The notes: generated from the letters alone by a model not told the origin. A DNA stretch of 64,000 nucleotides from Macrostomum hystrix (GCA_950097015.1 CATNEN010000041.1:1302001-1366000), one strand, 5' to 3'; positions 1 to 14,292 are shown, counted from the first letter of the stretch. Made by a program: numbers and translations.

Positions 1-170
1 TCAGATCAGAGAGATTCTAAATCAGATCAGAGAGATTCTAAAACAGATCAGTGAGATTCTAAATCAGATCAGTGAGATTCTAAATCAGATCAGTGAGATT
101 CTAAGAAAGAACAGTGGGGTTCTAAGAAAGAACAGGGAGATTCTAAATCAGATCTGTGAGATTCTAAAAT
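1..170. repeat. ~20-bp tandem repeat (TCAGATCAGTGAGATTCTAAA-like), intronic in the ZDHHC gene
   Basis: Direct repetition of tcagatcag(a/t)gagattctaaa from the window edge, degenerating towards 170. Confidence 0.85.
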
Positions 171-294
171 TGATTAGAGATGTTTATTTAAAAAATAGCA
201 GTGAGATTTGAAAAAATTTTGGGATTCAGAGAAGCACCAGCACTTCAAAATGACCACTGGCCACTAACTGACTGACCGCTAACACCTATCCAAG

Positions 295-1886
295 GGCACC
301 GTTCCGCTCAACAACGACACGAAGGAGAACCTGCTGCGCCTGGCACCAGCCGCCGCTGACGGTCAGCAGGAGCGGGTGGTGTACCGCTGCCCTCGCTGCA
401 GCTGCATCAAGCCGGACCGGGCGCACCACTGCAGCATCTGCCGGCGTTGCATTCGCCGCATGGACCACCACTGCCCCTGGGTGAACAACTGCGTTGGAGA
501 GGCCAACCAGAAATTCTTCATTCTGTTCACTGTGAGTCCACTCAGCCGCCTATGCCTCACCATCTACTCTTCTGCCACAGACCGTTTTATGCACCCTCCC
601 TGTGTTAAGAATCCCTTGCTGTAATCCCATTGTGTTAGATCCCTATACGGGTAGTTTTGATCCCATCGTTTTAGATCCCTCAGCGAGTCTCTAATTCCAG
701 GGAGGGGGGCATGACTATCCTAAATGAGCCTATTCTGCTAGAATCGTGATCCCAACCTATCTCCACATTCGCAGAGCTACATCGCGCTAACCAGCTTCTT
801 TGCCATCTACCTGTGCATTCACGAATTCGTCACCTGCATTGGCAGCGACTGGCAGGGTGAGTGTTAAGCTTTACTTGATGCGCATTGCTGATAATCTTAT
901 CCATTTTCTTCTGAACATTGTTCTTAGATTCTAATTGCTATTGCAGCCTGCCGCAATGGGCCGCTGCCACCTGTGAGCACCCTACTGCTGTTTGCACTGG
1001 TCATCACAGGCCTGGTGTTTGGCCTCTTCACCCTGGTCATGTCCTGCTCACAGCTGGTGTCCATTGTGTCCGACACAACGGTTAGCAAACTCACCAGCAC
1101 TTTTATCTGTGTACTTTTGCTTCTGTCAGCGCCGTTAGTTTGATAAGGCTGCGTTAGAGCCATCGTTTTAGTGGTCAGGGTCATGCTCCCTGATGCTTGG
1201 ATGTACAGTGCCCTAACTGATCTATCAGTGCCCGCTGATAGGTCGGCTAAAATAGGGTCAGTGCCCTCTGATAGGTCGGCTAAAATGGGGTCAGTGCCCT
1301 CTGATAGGTCGGTTAAAAGAGGGTCAGTCCCCGCTGAGTGACCGCTGGATTATCCTGTGTGGGGTCAGTGACCGCTGGGTTATCCTGTGTGGGGGTCAGT
1401 GACCCCTGGGTTATCCCTGGTTGGGGTCAGTGACCCCTGGGTTATCCGGTGTGGGGGGTCAGTGACCCTGGGTTATTCGTGGTTGGGGTCAGTGACCCTG
1501 GTTTATCCGTAGTTGGGGTCAGTGACCGCTGGGTTATCCGTGGTTGGGGTCAATGACCCCTGGGTTATCCGTGGATGGGGTCAGTGACCGCTGGGTTATC
1601 CGTGGTTGGGGTCAATGACCCCTGGGTTATCCGTGGATGGGGTCAGTGACCGCTGGGTTATCCGGGGGTCGGTATCCACCAACTTCAATTGTCACCTCAC
1701 CGTCCTCCTCCCCGCTGCCTGCAGGGCATCGAGCGAATTAAAGGCGAGCATCGCGGTGACGCCGAGGCGGGCGACGGCGTCGGGCACCGGTGGGGCAGGC
1801 TGGCCAGCCTGGAGCGGGTGTTCGGCAGCCCGGTGTCCTGGCGCTGGCTCAGCCCGTTCCACTCTCCCGCGGCGCGGTCTGATTAA
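295..1886 (+). CDS. ZDHHC3: DHHC palmitoyltransferase of the ZDHHC3/ZDHHC7 type; 5' exons lie outside the window
   Basis: Exons 295-531, 775-856, 947-1080, 1725-1886 with canonical AG/GT ends join in frame: [13 protein letters not shown]...[48 protein letters not shown] / [21 protein letters not shown] / TM segment ending [10 protein letters not shown] / GIERIK...[14 protein letters not shown]. The DHHC-CRD, a TTxE-like motif (DTTGIE) and the C-terminal VFG..W.SPF box match ZDHHC3/7; 3 versus 7 cannot be resolved. Confidence 0.9.
1225..1672. repeat. ~31-bp minisatellite (GGGGTCAGTGACCGCTGGGTTATCCGTGGTT) in the last ZDHHC intron
   Basis: About 10 copies, preceded by a related ~30-bp unit; explains spurious ORF 1606-1896. 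Confidence 0.9.
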
Positions 1887-3032
1887 CTCCAATTAGATTT
1901 GCTGGATGTCTGAGCTGAGCAGGTGTAAAATTCTGTGAGCCAGGCCAATTACGAGTTTGTCAGGTATAACAAAGCGAGTAAATGGGAATCTCAGAATGAA
2001 TTAATAGGTTTTCAACTTCAATAAATCGGTTCAACACAGGCCTTGAGACTGGGTCTGAAACAGGCTCGCGCACTGAGTATTCGGACTGCCAAATTAATTC
2101 TCTTGTTGCAGTCCTTTTCACTCCATTTTCACTCCATTTTCCTTACTGAAGATGCAGATTTTTGTAGATTTTGAACTTAATTGACAACTCCGCTATCGTA
2201 CGCGAGAGTACTGTAAGTAGTATGCATTGCTGCACGTCTCTATTTATGCACGCGATCGTTTACGTTGTCTATTGAGCAGTCATGAATAAAACTTTTTATG
2301 TTGAAAATAATATCAAGACCAGTTATTGTAATATACAATGGAGAAATTATATAATATTCAATTTACCTGACCAAACTTTGCTCTCAAAGGTTTACACTTG
2401 ACTGCTTTCTCTAACTGATTTCAAGCATATTCTGCGCCCTGTTCTACGTTCGCTTGCTGTCGTCTTATACCTTCATACTTGAAATGACTGGTTAAAAATA
2501 AAAATATTATGTTTTAGAATTGATATCAGCCATGTGCATTGTGGCTCTTTGTAATTGTCGCATTTTCAAAGAGTCGGAAAATAATTTATCTACTTTAGCC
2601 CATTTTTTAATCCACCTCGTGCTGGTATGAGAAATATGAGGAGAGAAACTAACAAATATTATCGATCAGTACCAGTCGGACTTCAGACTTTGATGCGCAT
2701 TCAAAAAACGCAAACACAGTCTCAACATTAAACTACAACATCAGGTGCGGGAATTCACCATGACATTTTCGCCCACCGACTGTACATTTGGTGCAAAAGT
2801 TGGATCCATGTGGTGGACTTCCACGATAATCGGTACATTTGAAATACCGTGCTGTATTCATTTGACTTTTGCCAATTTCAATTCATTTTTTAAATACACC
2901 CTGGTCTTTCCACAGAGGGCAAAATAGCGTGGTGTTTCTACTAACAAACCTTTGATTTTCTCCTATTTAATACACTTCACCCACGACCCTCTCATCATTA
3001 AGTTAATTATTAGAAATGAAAACTTGCCTCAT

Positions 3033-3520
3033 GGCTAGATGAATAGATGGCTAGATGACTATATGACTACATGACTAAATGGCTAGATGACTAGATAGCT
3101 AGATGAATAGATGGCTAGATGACTAGATGACTAGATGGCTAGATGAATAGATGGCTAGATGACTATATGACTACATGACTAAATGGCTAGATGACTAGAT
3201 AGCTAGATGAATAGATGGCTAGATGACTAGATGACTAGATGGCTAGATGAATAGATCGCTAGATGAATAGATGGCTAGATGACTAGATGACTAGATGGCT
3301 AGATGAATAGATCGCTAGATGAATAGATGGCTAGATGGCTATATTACTAGATGGCTAGATGACTAGATAGCTAGATGAATAGATGGCTAGATGACTAGAT
3401 GACTAGATGACTAGATGACTATATAACTAGATGACTAGATTAATAGATGGCTAGATGACTAGATGACTATATAACTAGATGACTAGATTAATAGATGGCT
3501 AGATGACTAGATGACTAGAT
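3033..3520. repeat. 8-bp-based tandem repeat (CTAGATGA / GGCTAGAT / GAATAGAT variants)
   Basis: Direct visual repetition between the convergent ZDHHC and lectin-receptor 3' ends. Confidence 0.9.
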
Positions 3521-4058
3521 ACAGGGCTACTTGTAGATAGTTGTGATTTCAACTTGTTAGTTATATCTGTAGAGTTGTTACCTGTTTGGCTGGCAGATCG
3601 AGCCGACAGTCTCACAACACGCGAACATTCAATGGCTGTTTGAACGCGTCTGCAGTGTGGCGTATTGAGAGAATCTGAATTTGGACAATGTGAGTTCACC
3701 CAGAGATTAGATATTGAGACTAGACACAGATTATGCTTGCAGCTAGCCGAAAAATAATAGGAAAGACAAAACAATTCCACAACAACTAAGTATTGTTCAT
3801 CTATGAAAGAGCAAATTGTATAATCAGTTATCAAAGTAATCAGAATATTCTAGTCAGTTTTCAAGACGAATCTTGGATTTTAAGAGTAAAAATGTTTCAA
3901 AAGTATATTAAATGTACGGGCGTTTTTTGTTCGGTTATTTGATGAGGACGAACTGGTGCTTAAAAAACATTGGCTTAGCTATATTATACTACTTATTTTA
4001 TCAGTCTGTCAGTAGTCGCATCGAGTATTTACAAAATTTTAAATAGAGGTCTCCCGAG

Positions 4059-7000
4059 CTACGAAGCGAAGCTGGGATTCTCCAGCCCGGCGTCCAGCTG
4101 AATCTGGACCCGCGGCGCGCTGCTGCTCTCCAGGTTCACCGCGTCCGTCGCTCTGGACCAGTTGGCGTTGGCGAAACCGCTGTCGCCCCCCACAGACTTC
4201 GGGCCGGCGCGCCTTCGGTAGATGATCACCGCGGTCACAATGACCGCCAGCACCAGAAGGAAGGCCACCACCATGATAGCCACCAGGACGTCGTTCTTCA
4301 GGTCTGGAAAACGGGATTTTTTAATTTATTTCTGGGGCCCTCCGTATAGCTTTATTGTGTACCAGAGACATCGTGTAGCCTATTAGAGGGAAATAGAAAA
4401 TCCTCAACTATTTTTGTCACACTCTCCTCACGGTAGCCCTATAGTCCAGTAACCGTGGTCATAACAAAGACTTTTTCAGTTTAACGTCTTGGTTTCTACC
4501 CGTATGCATAGTCACTAACACCATATGCACTTAAAAAAGCATACAAGTCTAGACAGAGTCGTTTAGTATTACGCCAATCCCCTTCTATTCAATTAACTAA
4601 CCATACTAACCCTGGCCCCACTAACCTGCAATGATTCGGCCAATCTCAGTGCCAGGTGACCGGCTGGTGGGTGCAGCCGTGCTACTGGTTGGAGCCCTGG
4701 TCTGAGTCGACTGCGGTGTGTTGGGCGGTGAGCGAGTCGGGCCAGAGGTAGTCGAAACGCCAGGCGGACGAGTCGTCGTTGCTCCGCTGGTCGCGGGCAG
4801 TTTGGGCATCTTGCAGATGTAAGAGTTCTTCCTGTTGCAGTAGTGGTCGTTCCACTTCAGGTTGATGTGGTACATCTCCACGCAGTTTTCATTCGGAAGG
4901 TTGGAGGGCTCGCCGCCGTTCCAGTAGTAGTAGCTCACGGGCGTGTTGTCCAGCCACTCGAAGCTGCTGTCCTTGCCCCGCAGCAGTCCGATCCAGTAGT
5001 CCTTGCGAGTCCTCTCGTCCTGGGCTTTCTGTCGGATCTGCGCGGCCACGAAGTCCTGCTCGGCCTGGGTGGAAATGCTGACCAGGGTACTGCGGTACCG
5101 TCTGCCGCACTCGTACATTGCTTCGGAGGCGTCCTTCGACTCGGTACTGTTCCCTACGTAATAGCAGCTCGTGCCGAACGGCGCGAATTCGGGTGGACAG
5201 TCGCCTGGCTGATAGGGAGCCGTAGTGGGCATCGGGCCGAAGCTCTGCCGACAGATGAAGTTCAGCTTGTCGTCACAGTCTCCAGAGAACCACACGCCTG
5301 TGTAGTCCATGTACACACAGGTCCTCTTGTTGCCTCCATCGGGCTGACTTCTGCCCCAGTTCGTGTAGGAGACTGGCCACTTGTCACTCCATTCGTACTG
5401 TCCGCTGCCCATCTGGTCGGACAGACCGATCCATGTTGAGACTCGGCTGATCGACTCCGTCCTGAAGTGCACGAAGCTCTGCTCATACAGGTCGTGAATG
5501 GAGGCAAGCTGCCCGCCATTGGAGCTGCAAGTAGCCACGGCGCCTGTCCATGTGGCGGCGTTGGTCACAAACTGAAAGCAGGCCTGATTGTAAGCGTGCC
5601 AGCCCGGTTTGCAGGTGACCATTGTGGGCGGCACCCAGTCAGTGACTAGATTTGTTCGCTTGTACGTCATGCACACGTACCCCAGGCGTCTGGTACAGGC
5701 TGCATCATTCCATTTTCCGGCTCGGTACTTCTCTGTGTACATTTCGACACATTGCTCCTAGAAAAGCAGGAAATCGAGCGCAACAGTGATTTACGTTTTC
5801 TTGAATACTGAATTCTTTGGCATGCATGTACTCACAAAGAGACTGTTAGGCTCTCCATGATCCCAATTAGTGTAAGAGACTTCAGAGTTGTCGTGCCAGT
5901 AATACAGTTGCTGAAAAGATCTCGTGTACAGGCCGATCCAGAGCTGCAGATCATTTTTTGTTCGGACGGCAGTCAGTGCAGCTGCGTAAAAGTCACGAGT
6001 GAGAGCGGTTCTTTGTATTGGTAAATATTTTCCCTGCATTAAAAGTATCCTATGCAAGCCAAAAATGCGACTTTATAAACTTACCTTGCTCATACTCGCT
6101 AGAGATGGACGCCAGGTAGCTCCTTCCCGTGTCGATTTTCTCACACTTCTCGCGAGCCTCCTGCCAGGTAGAGAGATCGTCTTCAAAGAATCGATAGCAC
6201 TTATTACCCACCGTATAAAAGTCCTTGGGGCACTTTCCTGGCATTGGGGTCACTGGTGGGATCGTCCTGCTTGTGTCGTTTGACCTCTTGCAGATGTAGC
6301 GCAGCGTGATGCCGCACTGGTCGTCATTCCAGAGACCAGAGTTGGACAACATCGAACCGCAGTGCTCGGCACCACCCCAGTTGTTGGGCTCGCCGCTGTT
6401 CCAGTGTAGAAGATTGACTCCAGTGCCGTCGCTCCACTGGTATCCCTCGCTCTGTCCGAGCTCATTCAGACCGATCCAGTATGCGGCCGAGCTGATGTGC
6501 AGTTTGCTAATCAGGCCGACCAGAAAGTCAATCTCCTCGTAGCTGTGTATGCTGACTAAGTCTCCGCGTTGCTCCCGACAGGTCTTCAAGCTCTGGTGCC
6601 AAGTTAGCATCTGGGATGAGGCGACGAAATAGCAGGAGTCATTGAAGTACTTCCAACCGCTTCCGCAGTCAGGGGCATCTGGAGGAGTCGTTGGCATCGG
6701 AGTCGTGCCGTTCGGGTAGATCCCCTTTGGGGTCTCGCACAGCCAATTAGAAGCCACATTGCAGTTCTCGATGGTCCATGCCATGTCGCGCGGGTTGAGA
6801 AGAGCGCAGTTCTGGTTCTGGCCAATATTTTCTGGTTCTGCGTTCCCTCGCCATTTGAAGTACTTGGCTGGCTTGCCGTCCGCCCAGACGAAGCCCTGGT
6901 TCGAGTCTCTGGTGTTCAGTCCGATCCAGTATGGGTAAAAGCCACCAACCGTCTGTCTGATGGCAGTCATGGCTGCGTCGCTGTTGATGGTGGCTAGATC

Positions 7001-10000
7001 TCCATTCAATGATTTGCACTGCGCGCGTGCCTCAGGCCAGGAAAGTCGGTTGCTCGCCACACTAACGCTGAAGCCCTTGTAGCAGGTGTTGTCTGCTTCC
7101 ACCCAGCCCGGGGCACAGTAAGCAGGATTGTAGGTCGGGGCCAATGTTGTCCGTCCTGGCTGCCTTGCCTGACAAATGTAGTTTGTGAACCTAATGTCCT
7201 CCGACTGGCTCATTTGCCACTGACCCGACTCTGCCGACATGGAGGCTCTGAAGCCTTGCAGTGAGGCTCCGGGCTTCCAGTAGGCGTACGACACTGTCCG
7301 GCCATCTTCCCATTTGAAAGTGTTTCCCGATCTGGTCAAGCCGATCCAGAAGTCGGTGCGCGCCTGTGACTGGGTGATGCGTAGGAAGAAGTGATCCTGC
7401 ACATTCTTGTTGGGAATCGTGGCCAGAGTGCCACCGATCTGTGCGCACCGCATCTGAGCTTCGTTGCCCGTCACTGCGGAGGTTCCGGTGACGAATTTCA
7501 AACAATAGCCGTCAAAGGCGTCTTCGAACTGATCGGAGCAGCCGTAAGGCCTCGTTATCGGCTCCGTCACCTGAACGGCAATCTGACGCTGCTTGCAGGC
7601 AAAGCGATTTAGGGCGGAACATTCGTAGTCGTTCCAGTCGCCATTCTAAAAGATAGAAATATTTCTCGAATGAAAGTCTTCGCCTTCAAAGCTCCACAAA
7701 AACTATTCTATTTAATAACTGAATGGGTTGAGCTCCGAAGTTTTAAGAAATACCCGTTAAAATGAAGTTTACAACATTTTATTGGAAGTCCAGCAAATTG
7801 ATTTTATCAAACTTTCATGCTCCATCAAAATTGCGATCCATCACAACTGACTGCTCAATGCGCTCATTTGACAACTCACCCAGCCGTCCCGGTTCACGGA
7901 TTCAACACAGTCTTCCCCGGTGGCGTGGTTGTTTGGCTCGTTGAATCCCCAGCTGGTGAACTGCGGCTGGGAGCCGTCCGTCCACTGGAAGAACATGGTC
8001 CTCTGCACTGCCACCGAGTCGTACAGGCCGATCCAGAAACTGACTGCAAGGACAGGAAAATACTTTTTCAATCAACATGGAGAAAAAGGAAAAAGCCACT
8101 GCTAACGACTATTATACGAGTTCGTACTCGTACTCGTATTTCTTGCAAGTTCGCCCCGTTTCTCGGTAATTCGAGATTCGCTCCCACGTTTCAGGAAGTT
8201 TGCTAGCCTTCAATAGTACTCACAGGCTCCCTGTTGACTGGCCAGTTCTAGCAGGAAAGTGTGCTCGGCCGGGCTGTTCACAGACGCCAGGTTGCCGCCC
8301 TGCAAGCGACACGTCTGCTGCGCCGCTTCCCAAGTCACCTGATCATTCTCGGCGCCAAAAATCTTGTAGCACATGTCGTTGAAGCCCGTGTAACCACTGC
8401 GGCAGCCTCTGTACTGACCGTTCGGTACGGAGATGGTCGTCGCCGGTCGCGCAGTCGTGGTGGTCATCGCATTGCCGAGCTTCTTGCAGATTGACGCGAA
8501 TCGCTTCTCGCACTTCTCATCATCCCAGTAGGCGGTCTTCGGGTTGATGGTGGCGCAGTTCTCCTCACTTGCACTGGGCTGCCCCACGGCCCAGTTGAGG
8601 AAGATGGAGGGCTGGCCGTCGTCCCAGACCCAGCGGCCCTCCACGGCGCGGTCATTGAAGCCGGTCCAGAAGTTCACGACGCTGGGGTTCGATGCGATCA
8701 CCTCCTGCATTCTGCCTGCGATGTAGGACTTCTCCTGGAAGATTTTGTGCGGGTGTCACGTTGTCTTTATCGCCCATTCCTTTTACAGCATAATCGATGA
8801 AAGCTCATGGCAATAAAATGCGAGTATATTGATGCTTTCAACACATCCATTTTCCATGTTGATTTTCTAAGACTAGAAGTCAAGGGATAGAAGCGCCAGG
8901 GTTTGCTCTCTGAGCAAGTGCACTCTTAGTACGTAGTAAGACTGTCCCTTGCGTCTGTTGTTTGCCCCATCAATCGACTGTAGTCAAATAATGCGTCTGT
9001 GCCCACACCTGTGCCCATCTACAGAGTTTGTTGCCCTACCGTCTGGGAGACTATGCTCAGCAGCCTGCCGCCCTGGTACTCGCACTGGTGCTTTGCGTCT
9101 ACCCAAACCATGGGGTCAGTGTTGAACAGGTAGCAGTAGTTGGACAGCAGATCTCTCGACCAGAACGGGCCGCAGAACGGATCCCATTTCAGCGAAGTGG
9201 TTGGCGGAACCGTTGGCAGGGTGCCTCCAATATCTGCAGTGTTTGATTTATCTTTTTATATAAGAACTTAATGTAGTTTTAGTTTATAGAAATATCAGTG
9301 GCTGAAAACTACCTGCGACAGGTAGTCAGATTTACTTTTCAATATTTTGCCTTTTGAACTTACACGCCCTCTTCTTGCAGATGTAGGGCAGTCGATTGGT
9401 GCACCGGATGTCGTTCCACTTTCCGAACAAGTACATCTCGACGCAGTTCTCCTCTCCCTCCATGTTGTTCGGCTCGCCGTCGTTCCAGTTCTCATAGTCC
9501 ATGTCCGTCTCGTCAACGGCCCACGTCCACTTGCGAGTCTCGCCAGTCCTGGTGTGCAGGCCAATCCAGAAGTCGTGATCAGCCAGCTTGCCCTGGATGA
9601 ACTCCTGCTCACCTCGGGACCGGATGTCGATGAGGTCGGCTGAGTGGTTGCTCATGCAGTTGCCGCGCGCGGTCAGCCAGTCGGCGTACTTGATCTCCAG
9701 CTTGTAGCAGCTCGGGCCGTAGAGCATCCAGCCGTCATCACAGCTGAACCGAGCTGCAAAGATAAGAAATTTTAATGTTCTTTCTAATTTTATGAGTTCG
9801 GTCTCACAAAAGTATTGAATGACAGAAGAAAGACCTCGCTATTTTCCCCTGGGGAAAGAACACGGGCTATTTCAAATACGACAGCTCCCAAACCGGAAAA
9901 ACTTTCGTCAAAGTGCACCTATTGGATCAAACTTTTCCGCCCTTTACAATGAACTAACTTGCTCTGTATAAACCTCTGGCGAATCCATATTGGTTCAATA

Positions 10001-13000
10001 GGATAATAATTAGCTATATAATCAATACGATATAATCAGCAGCAATAGCCGACATGGTTACGTGGTTACCATGGTTACATGATGAAATTTTGTGAGCAGA
10101 AAAATTATGCCTATATTGGTGGTTTTTGCCACCAGACACCCCGGCGAGAATCGTTGAATATCTCGACGATGCCGATGTTCTGTGATTCTGAAAGTTTTTT
10201 CATCGGATAAAAGTGGAAAAATTCAGCTACTGCTCTGCATTTTCATGTCGATTGGTTGAATGAGAGCAAACAGAGAACAGGACTGGTGCTTAAATGGCTC
10301 TCCGGGACCAATCCATCGATTGGTCCTGAATGGACTCACGCGGCTCTGGAGTCGGCACCTGCGGCACTTTTCCCAGCGGGATCTCGCACACGAAGCCGCC
10401 CATCTCGACTGGATCGGCTACCTCCCACAGGCCGACATCGCTGGACACGATGATCCGTGCGGCGTTGGACTTGCCTGGCAGCAGCTTTGGCTGGTCAGTG
10501 GCCCAGTTCTGGTAGTACTTGGCGTAATCTCCACCAGTGGTCCAGGTAAGCCTGTTGTTGCTGGTCGCACCTAGAAATTCATAAATGAATATACAGAATG
10601 TGAGACTACTTCAAGCAGAGATCGTCATGCAAATTATGCATTGGCTTACTGTACATGCCGATCCAAATGAATGGGACGCCCTGACTCTCAAAGTCGTTCT
10701 TGTACTTGTTGACGAAGTCCTGAATATGCTTCCTGATTTTGTGAAGACATTTTGCGGTTTCATTTTTATATTTTTTTCATGTAGATCTGATTGCAAGTTA
10801 AACTTGTGAGAAAGAGACCTCTTGTTCCCTCGAGAATTTTATTTATAAGAGTTCTGCATTTCCTCAGTTTGAGCTTTCATTTGCATGATTTTTGTGAGTG
10901 CATTTTTTCTGTCACTCACTGCTTGATCTGCAGGATCGTGGAGTTGCGGGCTTTGCAGTACTGGTTGGCCTCGTCCCACGACACCTTCCTGGTGTAGATG
11001 TCGTAGCACATGTCTCGGTGCTGGTACCACCCGGCGGGACAAGTGCCCGCCGATCTGGAGCACACAAAGCCGAACCGTCCACCAGTGCAGGCCTGAGGCC
11101 TCCACTGCGTCCGGGTGCTGTCCAGGCGAACGGTCTGTACACAGACCTTATCAATGACGTCTGGTGTGATTTCCGGCCTTGACCCGGAGCTCCAGGTCTC
11201 GTAAGTCAAACCCGAGTCGTCGACCCATCGCCAAGCGTATCCTTTCGGGTCACTGGCATCAGCGTATGTTCTCAAGCCGATCCAGAAGTTTGTGCTACTC
11301 CCGCTGGATCTCGAGGTCAGGTCGTGAACGGCCATGTTCGTGTCCTCATCGGGTATGACTGCCAGGTCCGATTCGTCAGCATTGCAGGTAGCTCTGGGCA
11401 TTGTTGGGATGTTTTATTTCGAGTGCAACTATCGAGGCTTCGATGGGACTTAGAGATGTCGGGATTTTAATTCCAGAAGCTGTTAATTGGTTTCGAGAAT
11501 CGTGCAATTTTATTAACTTATCATCTCTTTCGTGAGACTGGTTTGATTGTCGCAGGAATTAACTCGAAATCAGTCTCACACAGGGATTTACGGACTCACC
11601 GAGCCTCCTCCCAGTTCTGACCATCATTGCCATCGAAGTTGTGTACCTTGTAGCACTTGTTGTTCTGGTATTGCCAGCCATTGTCCGTGTCACAGGAGGT
11701 CACTTCCTCTGGAACATGTAAGTAATGCATGTGAAGGCTCTGGGGCTGGGTGACAGACACATCAACATCAGCGGGAAGGCCGTCCAAACAAGCTATAGGG
11801 ATAAGAATTTTCTTTCTACAGCTGAGGCCTAACTCAAGAGAAACTTGGCAGCAAACTGAATCAAAATACGAGCGCATATGTTTATTTTCTTCAAATCATC
11901 TTCCATTTTGATCCACTGCTTCGTCTTCCACATCCTGGTTGGTGAAGTGAAGCAGTTATTACAAAATAGTTTTGTTAGAGGTCAGAGTTCATTACAGCTA
12001 CTCACGCTTCAGCTTCTTGCACACGTATTTCTGCTTCACACTGCAGTCACGTGGAGACACAACAAGGTAGCTGCTTCTCGCGTACTCAAGGAAGGCCATG
12101 CACTGCCCTGGCGTGTCATCACTGATGCCACCCGTTAGCGGGTATGACCTGCAGTGGGAAACATACCTTTCAGACAATTAGCTGCAATCATACAAAAACA
12201 CTTTTAATGGGCTTCACAAGTACTGACTGACTCACAGCAATGTGCCTTTTCCTATCCTGTCCGGCTGCTCGTTGCCCGTGTGGCCGTCGTCCCATCGCCA
12301 GGAACCAGTGAAACGGCTGAGGCCGAACCACCAAAATCTATCGCCTAAAGGCGATCCGAAAGCGTTGATGATCCTAGCCAGGTACGTCTGAATTGAAGAA
12401 ACGCAAAAAGAGTCCTGCTATTTCATGTGAACTTTCTACTTATTTCTGTCTCAGGTCAAGAGCTTAATTTCAGTTGTTTTAATCTGCTTAAACAACTTAC
12501 GAGTAAGTAGAGCATGGCTTCATAGCTGATGGAGCAAATGTAGCACTCAAAACACACACCAATTGATTCACAATCGTACTTTAATATTAATTTTTAATAT
12601 TCATCTAATCGATTTCGTGTCCTCTTGGAGACTCTCCATGACTCAAAGTAACGCAACAGGCTCGTTGAAACAAACTGTTCTACATTTTGTAAAAGCATTT
12701 TACTAAATAAAGCACAAAGATGAAGAAGTTGATCATGATGAAGATGAAGCCGCTTGAGTGTCTCATGAAGCGCAAAAGCGTTTTCAAAGCCGAGGCCCTG
12801 GCTCACCCGCTCCTCCTCGTCCACAACGGACACCAGCGAGCTGTACTGCAGTTCGCAGGCCTTCTTGGCATCCGCCCAGCTCTTGTAGTTGGCCTGGCTG
12901 TTGGACAGCTGGTAGCAGAAGTTGCTGTTGGGCCGGCTGATCCACCCGGCTGGGCACTTGCCATCGACCTGGGCGTCTGCAGGCAACGAACGAGTTTCCA

Positions 13001-13139
13001 ACGGTAGCGAAAACTGTTATTTTCGTAACTAGCAAGTGTTTGAGCAGCATTTCTCAGTCAGGAACTCACCACTGTGACCGGCCAGAATGCTCAAAGCCAG
13101 GAGGCAGCTCAGCGCTGATGCCATTGTCAGCGGCTGCAT
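4059..13139 (-). CDS. Mannose-receptor-like multi-CTLD type I membrane protein A (1924 aa predicted: signal peptide, 12 C-type lectin domains, S/T/P stalk, TM, short tail)
   Basis: 16 exons: 13139-13070 (MQPLTMASALSCLLALSILAGHS), 12976-12807, 12387-12236, 12148-12006, 11708-11600, 11393-10920, 10732-10650, 10570-10340, 9753-9364, 9233-9040, 8734-8224, 8043-7880, 7645-6085, 5981-5836, 5757-4626, 4303-4059. All GT-AG, phases compatible, total 5775 nt. Repeated C..GW...CY / WIGL / EPN / WND / C motifs; TM VLVAIMVVAFLLVLAVIVTAVIIY. No ricin or FN2 domain seen. Confidence 0.9.
9845..10205 (+). mobile_element. Unclassified interspersed repeat, copy 1 (intron of lectin receptor A)
   Basis: Collinear similarity to 19455-19860: acgacagctcccaaacc, actttcgtcaaagt, cgccctttac, tggcgaatc, aaattatgcc-atattggtggtttttgccac, gacgatgccga, tgtgattctg. 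Confidence 0.7.
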
Positions 13140-13892
13140 TTTGAGCAGTGGAGTAAAATTCACAAGTTATGAGATCGCGGCTATTCACCAATGCACTGGT
13201 AGACCTGAATGCCGAATTTAAACTGCTCGGCGCCCCGAGTTCTTCTCCACTGCCGCCAAGCCGTGCCAGACCGTTTAACAGGGCCTGCGCCGCTAACTTT
13301 CTCCCTCTCGACCCTGCCTTATCTCGCCGCTTGAACCCCAGGCTGCACTGGGGGTCGAGGCGAATCTCTGCTCCAGTAGGTCTGCGTGAGTCCACAGATA
13401 AGGCAGAAAGCTTTTGACACAAAAAACCTGCTCACTTTCCCTGCGACTTGCGCACGCCAAGGCGTCATGGCAACTCGCTGAAGTTTCGAACTGTTGAGCA
13501 GTGGGGACCAAGCTTCTTTCACCTAGCTTGAGAATTCACCTGATAAGGAGCTGGTAGGCACAAACCGGTGGCACCGACCTGGCTTCTCTGCCTTCTGATA
13601 AGTGATTTGAGATCTTTCGAGCTTCGCCTATTTTCACCTGTTTGTTTCTCATTCCTTATAACGGAGAAAGTCAAATTGTTGCCAATACTCAAAAAGCAAT
13701 CTTTTTTCGGGGCCTCGACAGCTTCGAAACACATGTTAGAAAGTTAATTATCTGAATTAATTAGAGCACTGCCTTTATCGCAATCCAAAATTCCTTGTCC
13801 TCCACACTGTGTTTTAAAAAACTTGTTTACCGTCAAGTAGCTCCACCTGATGATCTGGGATGGTGGCTGCTCCTCCTGAGAATGTAAGATGT

Positions 13893-14292
13893 CCCAAATC
13901 CTAAAGTCCCAAATCCCAAATCCCAAAGTCCCAAATCCCAAATCCCAAATCCCAAAGTCCCAAATCCCAAATCCCAAATCCCAAAGTTCCAAATCCCAAA
14001 TTCCCAAATCCCAAAGTCCCAAATCCCAAAGTCCCAAATCCCAAAGTCCCAAATCCCAAAGTCCCAAATCCCAAATCCCAAATCCCAAAGTTCCAAATCC
14101 CAAATTCCCAAATCCCAAAGTCCCAAATCCCAAAGTCCCAAATCCCAAAGTCCCAAATCCCAAAGTCCCAAATCCCAAAGTCCCAAATCCCAAAGTCCCA
14201 AATCCCAAAGTCCCAAATCCCAAAGTCCCAAATCCCAAAGTCCCAAATCCCAAATTCCCAAATCCCAAAGTCCCAAATCCTAAATCCCAGAT
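13893..14292. repeat. 15-bp telomere-like repeat (CCCAAATCCCAAAGT)n; G-rich on the minus strand
   Basis: More than 25 units between the two divergent lectin-receptor start codons; produces the spurious LGFGT/LWDLG ORFs. Confidence 0.92.

Noticed and set aside
4843-5439. Antisense ORFs over the lectin-receptor exons (and similar ones over PIGB and GMC)
   Set aside because: Expected shadows of GC-rich coding exons, with no independent motifs.
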